Positions 29,286 through 37,496 of a stretch of DNA of 64,000 nt are shown here, one piece after another (position 1 is the first letter of the stretch; every line of letters begins with the position of its first letter). The notes beneath the pieces were generated by a model. The model searched no databases. It worked only from the letters and a program-made list of their open reading frames with translations, and was not told the DNA's origin. The stretch comes from Deferribacterales bacterium (GTDB taxonomy: Bacteria; Chrysiogenota; Deferribacteres; Deferribacterales; Geovibrionaceae). The stretch lies in NCBI GenBank assembly GCA_050253075.1, contig JBFWJS010000003.1, positions 21,358-85,357 on the forward strand, read 5' to 3'. The translations under genes and the position numbers were made by a program.

Positions 29286-32200
29286 TGCACGGCCTCCGGC
29301 AACTGGATGTTTTCAAAGGTATTGATTATCGTGCCTTCGACATTTGGCATCATCTCAGGATTAACGAACGTATCCAGCCATTCGCTGAAATTTATCTTGC
29401 TGAAATCCAGCTTTTGAAATTCATCAGGCGTAAAACCTCTACAGTTCGGGCTTTTTGCCGTGCCGAAGTTAAAGCCTAGCTGATCACGGCCCTGTTCCGC
29501 TATAATCCTGCCGAGCGGGCTTCCGAAGCAACAGTATGTCTTTTTCTTCTGAACGCAGACACAGGCAGGGCATATGCCCCATTTTTCGGCACAATATTCG
29601 CCGACATAGTGACACTGTCCGTCCAGTTCGCCCCAGTCTCGCAGAGCGGAGAGAGCCTGTTCTCCTGAGGAGCATTTACCCAGTCCGAACCATGTTTCAT
29701 CCTTTTTACAGCAGTCTGAAAAACCTGACTGAGTTCCAGGCGGACGGCATCGTCTGTCGCCGCCGTTAAAGATATATATCTGATCAAGGCACTGGCCGCT
29801 GTCGTCTTTGTTGCCGTCATTAAGCTTGTCGTTTGCGCCTTCCTGAGTATCTTCGCTGGTGTCCAGATATGAAGGATCGTTAGGGTCAAGGCACTGATGT
29901 GGGGAACACTTGTAGTCCGGCGAACCTGTAATGGTCGATAGATTGACACATTCATTTCCGCTGTATGGACAGCTTCCGGAGTGACATTTGTCTATAGCAG
30001 GATTGTAGATGCTGTCAGTGCATATGGGCACTGCTTCACATTGACGGCTTATAGGGGAGTATGCGTAACTTCCGCCGCAGTCATGTTCAGGTTCATAGAC
30101 ACACCAGTTGAGCTGTGTTGAATATATAGAGCCTGAGGCACAGGATAGACTTTTCTCGCACCTGTCTTTGTCGGCATTAAACGTATAGCCTATGGGGCAA
30201 AGAGTGCTTGCTGAGAGCGTACACTCATTCAGGGTGGAGTTGTATATGCCCGAAGAGCACACCGGAGCAGAGTAGCAGATATTTCCATCCTGAGTGTAGC
30301 CGGATGGGCATGATGTGCTTACGGTCAGAGTACATTTGTCAGTAGCAGTATTGAGTATGCCTGATCTGCTGCAAGATGGGGCAGCGACACACTTTCCCAG
30401 TGCCGCATCATACGTTGAACCTGCTGGACAGCTGTTCTCAAGTGAGATGACACATTTATCAGTTGTACTGTTAAACGTACCTCCGCCAGGGCACGTTGGA
30501 TTTGCAATGCAGAGTGATCCGCTTTGGGTTGTCCCTGTGGGGCAGGTGGTGTCACACGATTCGTGATAAGTGCATATTGAACCGTATAATGTATACTCTG
30601 GAGGGCAGCTGTATGATGTGTTTAAATCATTGTGCCATAGTATAATTATAATGTTATTTGATTCCCAATATAAGACACCGTCTGTTGAAAGACATACTGC
30701 TGTTGTATCTGTTAAATTACATACAGGTGAAAACATTGATGGGTAAGTATATGTAAAAGATGTACAGCTTCCTCTGTATACTCTAAATACAGAAGTTTGG
30801 GAGCATCCGGAATCATAATAAAAGTCACCATAACTGCAGTCGCTTTCTATATATACATTTCTTAACCCCGCAGGGTAGTTAGATACATCATATGAGCAAG
30901 ATAATGTGCTGTTTAATGTTGCTGGAGTAGAGCCGCTGCAGCTTTCAGAGCACTGTGATGATGAAGTGTAGGTGGTATTGTCAACGGGACATGTATAACT
31001 GCCCGAACCTTCGCACTTATTTGTCACAGAATTGAATGATGTTCCTGAAGGGCATGTCGGTGATGCAATGCATTGCCCGTTTGAAAGTGTGTATCCTGTG
31101 GGGCAACTTGTTGTTGCTGTCTTTAAGCATTTGTCGGAAGTTGTGCTGTATGTAAAACCTGTAGGGCAATCCGGAGCATCCTCACATTTTCCGGTTGAGC
31201 TGTTATAAGAATATCCTGTAGGGCATGAATATGTCACAGAGAATTCACATCTATCGTTTGCCTGGATGTATGTTCCTGCGGAGCAGTCAGGTGTTTTTAC
31301 ACAGCTGTTGTTGAGAGAGTCATAAGTGTACCCTGTAGGACAGGAACCATCGGTAATGACAACTTCACACTGATCTGTCTGAGGATTTAACACTCCGCCG
31401 TTGGGGCACTCAGGCGGATCGTAACATCTGTCGGATGTATAGTCATATGTGAAACCGTTCTCGCAGGTAACAATTGGCTCTTTCTGACACATGTCAGTCA
31501 GACCGTTTAATATACCGCCGTCAGGACAGAGAGGGTTTTCATATATTGAGTTGCATGAGACCATATCGCTGGGGCATACATACCCTCCGCTGCTCGCCGA
31601 CAGACATTGAGAGACATTGTCTCCGGCGATACAGAGCATACAGCTGCTGGTGCTGTCAGAGCAGTATGTATTGATGATTTCGTTTGTATCGGTCTGTTCC
31701 TGCGGTGGTAATCCCGCAACACAGTCCAGCATGCCGCTGAATGCTCCTATGCCATAATGTCTCGGCTGATAATCACCTCCGTATGAGGCATGCTGCCCAT
31801 CATCGTACCATTTGCCGTCTGTGTCTGCATATACCCAGTGTTCGCCGTATATGGTTACAGTTCCAATATCTGCGCCGTCAATTCTATTATCCGGCTGACC
31901 GGCGGCAAAATTGTCATATGTAACGGCTAAGCCGTCAGTCCATGCGTAGTTTGATTTGTTGACTGTGCCGTAGGCTGTGCTCATAGCTGTGTCATAAAGC
32001 CCAAGCCATAGTGACTTTCCGGATAGGTTTGCAAGTATGCTGACAATTTCTGCTTTATGTTCACTGCCCGCTATGAAATGCTGATTTGCGCTCCATGTCT
32101 GCTGATTCAAAGAAACGCCGTATGTCGTTCCACTCTGCCTGTCATAGATAAAGCTGGAATATCCTGAAGGACATTCATTTGCGCCTGTGGAATATGACAG

Positions 32201-32335
32201 TTCCGTACAGGCATCCTCACAATTTGCATTACACGCTGTCAGTGATTCAAAATGAATGTCATTTGTACCGCAGTAGTATGCGGCATCTGCTGCACCTGAA
32301 ATGAGCAGGAATATAAGGCACGCCAGATATTTCAT
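29282..32335 (-). CDS. traN: Mating-pair stabilisation protein TraN with C-type lectin-like domain and Cys-rich repeats
   Basis: C-terminal IFNG..RC...DCC, CHYVGEYC, YCCFGSPLGRIIAEQGRDQL, PNCRGFTPDEFQKLDFSKI. Confidence 0.9.
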   Translation of the reverse strand: MKYLACLIFLLISGAADAAYYCGTNDIHFESLTACNANCEDACTELSYSTGANECPSGYSSFIYDRQSGTTYGVSLNQQTWSANQHFIAGSEHKAEIVSILANLSGKSLWLGLYDTAMSTAYGTVNKSNYAWTDGLAVTYDNFAAGQPDNRIDGADIGTVTIYGEHWVYADTDGKWYDDGQHASYGGDYQPRHYGIGAFSGMLDCVAGLPPQEQTDTNEIINTYCSDSTSSCMLCIAGDNVSQCLSASSGGYVCPSDMVSCNSIYENPLCPDGGILNGLTDMCQKEPIVTCENGFTYDYTSDRCYDPPECPNGGVLNPQTDQCEVVITDGSCPTGYTYDSLNNSCVKTPDCSAGTYIQANDRCEFSVTYSCPTGYSYNSSTGKCEDAPDCPTGFTYSTTSDKCLKTATTSCPTGYTLSNGQCIASPTCPSGTSFNSVTNKCEGSGSYTCPVDNTTYTSSSQCSESCSGSTPATLNSTLSCSYDVSNYPAGLRNVYIESDCSYGDFYYDSGCSQTSVFRVYRGSCTSFTYTYPSMFSPVCNLTDTTAVCLSTDGVLYWESNNIIIILWHNDLNTSYSCPPEYTLYGSICTYHESCDTTCPTGTTQSGSLCIANPTCPGGGTFNSTTDKCVISLENSCPAGSTYDAALGKCVAAPSCSRSGILNTATDKCTLTVSTSCPSGYTQDGNICYSAPVCSSGIYNSTLNECTLSASTLCPIGYTFNADKDRCEKSLSCASGSIYSTQLNWCVYEPEHDCGGSYAYSPISRQCEAVPICTDSIYNPAIDKCHSGSCPYSGNECVNLSTITGSPDYKCSPHQCLDPNDPSYLDTSEDTQEGANDKLNDGNKDDSGQCLDQIYIFNGGDRRCRPPGTQSGFSDCCKKDETWFGLGKCSSGEQALSALRDWGELDGQCHYVGEYCAEKWGICPACVCVQKKKTYCCFGSPLGRIIAEQGRDQLGFNFGTAKSPNCRGFTPDEFQKLDFSKINFSEWLDTFVNPEMMPNVEGTIINTFENIQLPEAVQ

Positions 32336-33987
32336 GACTCATCACCATATTTTGGTTTTACAGATTCGATATCCTGCAATATCCCGCTTTTGCGGCTCTC
32401 AAGCTCTGACACATCTCCAAAAGCCTCCGACACCATAGGCGTGTAGTAGGCCTTGTTTATGCTTTTGCCGTCTTTGTATGTAACTGTGAAAGGTGCGGTG
32501 AAATACCCATGCCTGATTATGCCGTCCGCTATCAGTCGTTTTTCTCTGAGCATTTCAGTAATGGTGTATATGTAGTTTCGTCTCTGCTGCTGATCGGAGT
32601 CGGCGAGCAGTATTTCGTCATGGCCGTAGCGTCTCGCCAGCATTTTGATCACTTTCCAGAAGACATCTGTCTGGAAATAAACATGGTCGTCTTTCATGCT
32701 GAAAGCTTCGAAGCGGTTGCCGTTCAGGACGTTGATGCGGTTATTAAGCTCCGCAAGGTATTCAGAGATATTCAGCCAATTCAGATCAGAAGAGTCGGCA
32801 GGTTTTTTCTCCGTTTCTGTTTCCGCCTGAGTCTGGAAGATATCGTTTTTTGTAACAAGATTATCGGCAAGCTCTTTTCGTCTGGCATTTCTGTCCGCCT
32901 CACGAAGTTTGTCAGCGAGATCACCGCCACCGGTTCGATGGTGAGATAGTATTGCCGTCTCTACATCGCTCCTGTAGCTCAGGTCAGCGAAGCCTGCAAG
33001 GCTGTTAAGCACAACAACACTTATTCTCGGATGATCACCCATGCTGTACATCGCCTTGTCAAAGCTCTCAATCTTGCCCAGATCGTGCCCCAGCGCAGCC
33101 ATGATAAGCTGTGCGGCGTATGCCCCTGGCTTGTCCACCAGCTTCAATATTTCTTCAGCCACATGCAGGCTGTGCAGATACAGCGGAACTTTTGCCAGAG
33201 CAGTAAATGTATTCTGCTCTTCATAGTGGTTTATCTCGCCGCTGCGCTTTACGACTGAGGGCGTATCACCATTATCATCAAGCAAGGTCATTATCTGCCT
33301 GATCACCTCTTCAGCCGACTCAGGCAAGGAGGCAACATGCATTTTGTAAAACTGGGTCAATTCTGCTTTTGAAAAAGTAATCTCATTTTTTTCAGGTTCA
33401 GACTGTTCAAGCATTTCTGACTTTTTTCCTGTCCAGAGCGGTGAAAGCTCAGAAAGATGAATGTTTATCTGTTCTTTTTTTTCCTGTTTAACCAGGCGGC
33501 TGCTTCCTGAAAAAAGTGATACAAAGAGCACCACAGCGACAAAGAGCCAGAGGGGATAAGGGAAAAGATATGCCAGAACAAACAGCATCAGGATTATCAT
33601 AAACAGAGCAATATACTCAAAGGGGGAGCCGTTTGTGAAAAGCCTGAAACCGTGTCCGGCCCTGAAAGGATTATAGAAAGGTACACCTGAGCGTGTGAGG
33701 GAATCACAGAAGACGTGGAGCAAAGCTCCTATCAGGAAATAATAAAGCACATAGCCGCCTATAGCAGTTAATAGAATATAAATAAGCGGAGAAGTATAAA
33801 GCACCCACCAGTGGCTTATTTTGCGATGCACTTTATGGAAGGCTCCTTTACTGCCGAAACTGAATATAGTATCGACAACATCAGGGAAGACAGACCCTGC
33901 GCTAATAGCTGCCGCAGCGACCGGCTCAAACGAACCAACGGCGGCGATATAACCCATTCCGGCTAGCAAATGGCTCCTGATTTTCAT
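32332..33987 (-). CDS. Fusion: YdjM-like membrane metal-dependent hydrolase domain plus HD domain (MOBH-like putative relaxase)
   Basis: N-terminus H...PDVVD...HRKISH...HVFCDSLT..GVP; C-terminus HSLHVA, LGHDLGK, SHH, EAD; adjacent to the coupling protein. Confidence 0.65.
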   Translation of the reverse strand: MKIRSHLLAGMGYIAAVGSFEPVAAAAISAGSVFPDVVDTIFSFGSKGAFHKVHRKISHWWVLYTSPLIYILLTAIGGYVLYYFLIGALLHVFCDSLTRSGVPFYNPFRAGHGFRLFTNGSPFEYIALFMIILMLFVLAYLFPYPLWLFVAVVLFVSLFSGSSRLVKQEKKEQINIHLSELSPLWTGKKSEMLEQSEPEKNEITFSKAELTQFYKMHVASLPESAEEVIRQIMTLLDDNGDTPSVVKRSGEINHYEEQNTFTALAKVPLYLHSLHVAEEILKLVDKPGAYAAQLIMAALGHDLGKIESFDKAMYSMGDHPRISVVVLNSLAGFADLSYRSDVETAILSHHRTGGGDLADKLREADRNARRKELADNLVTKNDIFQTQAETETEKKPADSSDLNWLNISEYLAELNNRINVLNGNRFEAFSMKDDHVYFQTDVFWKVIKMLARRYGHDEILLADSDQQQRRNYIYTITEMLREKRLIADGIIRHGYFTAPFTVTYKDGKSINKAYYTPMVSEAFGDVSELESRKSGILQDIESVKPKYGDES

Positions 33988-35288
33988 ACAGTAGCTCTCG
34001 GATATTCAATATTGATGTAGGCATCGCTGGTATCCATTGTTTTGCCGAAGAATGCACCGTCATAGTTCATCATGAAGAACTCACGTTTCTGCAGGCCAAG
34101 CACATCTTCAGGCTTGAGGATGTCCTCCTCGTTCTCACGGACATTTATAATTCCAGCGGAGCTCATCATGGAGAGCATCTGCTTATGTGTTCCGAAATGC
34201 CTGCATACATAGCTTGCAGTTTCTTCATCCGGCACTTTCATAAATAGTTTGTTATTAATGTTATCCAGAGTGCTGTTGCCGTAATCTCTGCCTATCATGG
34301 CATATATCTGGTTTACCGACTGGCTGAGGCCATGCAGGTGGACGTTTGCGCCGCCTGCTTTTGCGAAAAAATCATCTATCCCGTAGTAAAGCACGTTCTG
34401 AGCCTCATCCATGAATATCTCTAACGGCGGGTCAACTCTTTGCCCGCTGCTGAAGATACGTCCGACATAAGACTGGAACATAGAGAGCAAAACCTTGCCA
34501 ACGGTGAACGCCGCCTTGCGTGTCATCAACGAGCCGACCTGCGCAACGAGTATCACAGATTTGCCGTTTTCCAGCTTTTCTATTATAGGGTTTCCACGGG
34601 CTTTGCCGAGGATTTCTCCGATGTTGCCGGATGTAAGCTCCATCAGGGCAACTCGAAGTGAGCTTGAGACTTTGTTGTAGTAATCCTGTCCGGAATCCAC
34701 GATCTTTTGTAGGTCGTTTGCCAGCTGGATAACATCGTGACTGTCACTGCTGAGGCTTGCGACATTTCTTTGCAGGGTTGTCAGGTCAGTGTGGGAGACA
34801 ACGTCTTTAACATCGTTAAAGTTAAACCGTTTGCCGTATGCCTTCTCTGTGAGCAGCATAAACGCCTGAACGATCATAAGGCTGGTTTCATATGCCACAT
34901 TATAAAAAAATGGCTCAGAGCCCACCTCAATACCTGAGATGAGGTGTCCGACAAGCTCCTCCGGCATGTAATAGTATTCCAGCGGATTGAGCTTTATGGA
35001 GTATTGGGGGAATATCGGAGAGATCAGCATCAGATCATCTTCACGACCGGCCTCTTTTGCCGCCTGATATATCTTGCTGAAAAGAGGGATATCCCCCTTC
35101 GGGTCTATCACAACAACGCTGTTGCCTTTTTGTATGTCCTGCTCCAGCATATTTTCCAGCAGGCGTGTTTTGCCGACTCTGGTAGTGCCGAAGCACCAGA
35201 AATGCCCCGACCGGTCAGCATCATTCATGTACAGTTCCTGCTGCTTCCCGCCACGGATATCTATACCAGTTCCAAGTATGGTTTTCAT
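33984..35288 (-). CDS. traD: Type IV coupling protein (TraD-like)
   Basis: HFWCFGTTRVGKT (Walker A), VIDPKGD, IFMDEA (Walker B), QSVNQI. Confidence 0.85.
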   Translation of the reverse strand: MKTILGTGIDIRGGKQQELYMNDADRSGHFWCFGTTRVGKTRLLENMLEQDIQKGNSVVVIDPKGDIPLFSKIYQAAKEAGREDDLMLISPIFPQYSIKLNPLEYYYMPEELVGHLISGIEVGSEPFFYNVAYETSLMIVQAFMLLTEKAYGKRFNFNDVKDVVSHTDLTTLQRNVASLSSDSHDVIQLANDLQKIVDSGQDYYNKVSSSLRVALMELTSGNIGEILGKARGNPIIEKLENGKSVILVAQVGSLMTRKAAFTVGKVLLSMFQSYVGRIFSSGQRVDPPLEIFMDEAQNVLYYGIDDFFAKAGGANVHLHGLSQSVNQIYAMIGRDYGNSTLDNINNKLFMKVPDEETASYVCRHFGTHKQMLSMMSSAGIINVRENEEDILKPEDVLGLQKREFFMMNYDGAFFGKTMDTSDAYINIEYPRATV

Positions 35289-35362
35289 GCCGTCACCAAT
35301 CTTGAGAAAAGATGAAATAAAGGATAAGATGACATGTGAATAAAATTATGCAGAGGTGAAAG

Positions 35363-35653
35363 ATGACTCCAGAACAAGCTGAAAAACTTGAAATATTTCT
35401 TAGATGGGCAATTCATTCCTTGCCTTACATTTTGGAACAAAACAAAATTGAACAATTTGAAGAGTCTATGAAGACTGAGGGGGCAATATCTCAAGAACTT
35501 AAAGAGCTTATTGATGACAAATGTGGACTTGGGTTGTCCTATTGCATTGCTCAATTTATAAAAGATATAGAAACCGCTATTCAAAATGGTGAGGATATAA
35601 ACCAATTCACCTACACGGCTCAACTGCTTCATACTGCTTTGAAATGTTGTTAA
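35363..35653 (+). CDS. Hypothetical protein (inverted AT-rich cassette)
   Basis: GAGGTG RBS; protein-like E/K/I composition. Confidence 0.62.
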   Translation: MTPEQAEKLEIFLRWAIHSLPYILEQNKIEQFEESMKTEGAISQELKELIDDKCGLGLSYCIAQFIKDIETAIQNGEDINQFTYTAQLLHTALKCC

Positions 35654-35668
35654 GCATGGAGATGATAT

Positions 35669-36148
35669 ATGGCTTGCCCTTTTATTGAGAATCATCCCCA
35701 TATATATTTTTTTATGAAATCTATAAATGGCCCATTGGCTGGAGTTGTTATTGGAGCTGGTATTGGCTTTTTTAGTCAATGGTTCATGTCTAAGCAGAAT
35801 CATAAAAGAGAACTTGAGAAGCTTGGATATGAAAAAAAATATGGTGCTTATATGGAGCTTTTGAATGTTATAAATTCTGCAAGTATATTTATAGATAGCG
35901 AAACCCTTACTCATGACGAAATCAATGACACTGTAGTAAAATGTGTTTCGGCGAGTAAAGATAAAGCTGTTATAAGCATAGCTGTTCGCAGAATTCAGAA
36001 ACTCATTGGTAATAACCCATTGATTATTTCTGATAAAATTAAACATAAAACAAAGAGGATTATGAAAAAACTTGAAGATGATACTTATGACCACAAAGAT
36101 TACGAATCCTTTAATAAACTTCTGCAATCTGAATTGGGTATTAAATAA
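35669..36148 (+). CDS. Hypothetical protein with N-terminal TM helix (inverted AT-rich cassette)
   Basis: GGAGA RBS; LAGVVIGAGIGFF TM segment followed by a charged helical domain. Confidence 0.68.
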   Translation: MACPFIENHPHIYFFMKSINGPLAGVVIGAGIGFFSQWFMSKQNHKRELEKLGYEKKYGAYMELLNVINSASIFIDSETLTHDEINDTVVKCVSASKDKAVISIAVRRIQKLIGNNPLIISDKIKHKTKRIMKKLEDDTYDHKDYESFNKLLQSELGIK

Positions 36149-36153
36149 TTTCA

Positions 36154-36834
36154 CTAATGAACCTCTATTATTATGTGCTCAAAGAGTTTTTTAGAGATGT
36201 TCTTTAGGACACTTTTCGGAATGATTTTTATAGATTTAATTAATGATTTTGCGCCAGCGATACGTTGAGTGCATTTGACTGAATACCCCTGTTCCTCGAA
36301 GAGCTTTTCTACCAGTTTTCGGCTGGTGAGGCTCAGTGTGAAAAGAACATCATTTCCAGACCTTTCAGTGCCGATAATGAGGCTCCTGACCTCCTGCCCT
36401 TGCTGAAATGTGCCTCTCAGTTTCGGCGTGATGTGCATCTTATGAAGCACACCAGTTACCCTGAAATTCGCTCCCAGATAGATATTCAGCAAAACGTCTT
36501 CTGCGGATACATCCCGAACCTCCCCCTTTACAAGAGTATTCATAAAAGATTTCAGGTAAGTTTCTTTTAGCCGATATGAGTATCTGCCGTACTCCGTGTT
36601 CAGCATAGAAGCGAGAGCCGTTGCATCATACTTTTTAAGAGTGATCTCACGCTCGATACCGTCTGCTCTGTACTGCCTCATTGTTAGTCCTTCGGCGGAG
36701 ATGGAGCAGACTGTGGGCGAACCGTATTTCTCGCTGTAGTAGCCCTCCAGAACAGAGGCTATTATCTGCCTTACTTCCTCTTCGGTGATCCCATATATGC
36801 CTGAGATGTCTGAAATATAGCTCTCTAACCACAT
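36154..36834 (-). CDS. Divergent NusA paralogue (NTD-S1-KH1 only)
   Basis: Colinear similarity to NusA: ITEEEVRQIIASVL..YYSEKY (NTD); TLVKGEVRDV..DVLL...FQQGQEVRSLI...LSLTSRKLVEKLF (S1); RIAGAKSLI...KNISKKLFEHIII (KH1). Confidence 0.72.
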   Translation of the reverse strand: MWLESYISDISGIYGITEEEVRQIIASVLEGYYSEKYGSPTVCSISAEGLTMRQYRADGIEREITLKKYDATALASMLNTEYGRYSYRLKETYLKSFMNTLVKGEVRDVSAEDVLLNIYLGANFRVTGVLHKMHITPKLRGTFQQGQEVRSLIIGTERSGNDVLFTLSLTSRKLVEKLFEEQGYSVKCTQRIAGAKSLIKSIKIIPKSVLKNISKKLFEHIIIEVH

Positions 36835-37019
36835 CTTTCAGACCCTCGGTGTATCCTGAGACTCGACACAACAATGGCGGTGATCTCCTCATACGCTGGT
36901 AGAACATTACCTTTATTGATCTGCTGAGAGATCACCACGGCGCAAACAGAGTCAAAAGCCTCTTTCAGCTCGTCATATTTTTCCTGAAGGTTCAGAAAAG
37001 CATCCTGAAAATCAGACAT
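36825..37019 (-). CDS. Small hypothetical protein
   Basis: In operon, overlaps the NusA-like start; coiled-coil-like N-terminus; weak RBS. Confidence 0.45.
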   Translation of the reverse strand: MSDFQDAFLNLQEKYDELKEAFDSVCAVVISQQINKGNVLPAYEEITAIVVSSLRIHRGSERCG

Positions 37020-37085
37020 CAGCAGTTCTCTTGTTTTTTCGTTTTTTAATCACGTCAGTTTTTTCGCCTTTGTTTTTTATGTTTT

Positions 37086-37427
37086 TTATTCTGGCGAATC
37101 GCCGTCTGTGTCACCTTTCGGTGTCAGGAACTGGACGTTATGTCCGACAACAGTTACTTTTGAGTGAAAGCCTTTGTCGTCTTCCCACGAGCTGTAATCA
37201 AGCTCACCTGTGACAAGCACAAGCTTCCCTTTGGCAAGGTATTCATTGCAGCTTTCCGCTGTTTTACCAAAGACTGTAACGTCATAAAAGTCTGCTTTCT
37301 CTTTGGCAGGTTTGTTGACTGCTACTGTGAATTTGCTGGTGATAGTACCGTTCTTTGTCTCTCCGGCTTCAGGTGCTTTTGTAAGGTTGCCGAGAACGGC
37401 AGCGTATGAATAGTATGGACTGGACAT
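37086..37427 (-). CDS. ssb: Single-stranded DNA-binding protein (short, no DDDIPF tail)
   Basis: LGNLTKAPE, FTVAVN, DFYDVTVFGKTAE..YLAKGKLVLVTGEL; AAGGAGG RBS before the ATG at 37427. Confidence 0.9.
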   Translation of the reverse strand: MSSPYYSYAAVLGNLTKAPEAGETKNGTITSKFTVAVNKPAKEKADFYDVTVFGKTAESCNEYLAKGKLVLVTGELDYSSWEDDKGFHSKVTVVGHNVQFLTPKGDTDGDSPE

Positions 37428-37496
37428 ATCCACCTCCTTGCCCTGTTAATAGGGTAGGGGGTAAATCCTAAAATATTTTTCATATTCGTTTTTGAA

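Larger units (their letters stand above)
35285..36154 (-). other. Antisense open frame (289 codons) coupled to the NusA-like gene stop and the traD start
   Basis: TAGTG overlap at 36152-36156 with AGAGG upstream; ATGA overlap at 35285-35288; composition is shadow-like (F/I rich). Confidence 0.45.

Noticed and set aside
36154..36834. Housekeeping nusA
   Set aside because: Too short and divergent, lacks KH2, and is not in the rimP-nusA-infB operon; treated as a paralogue.
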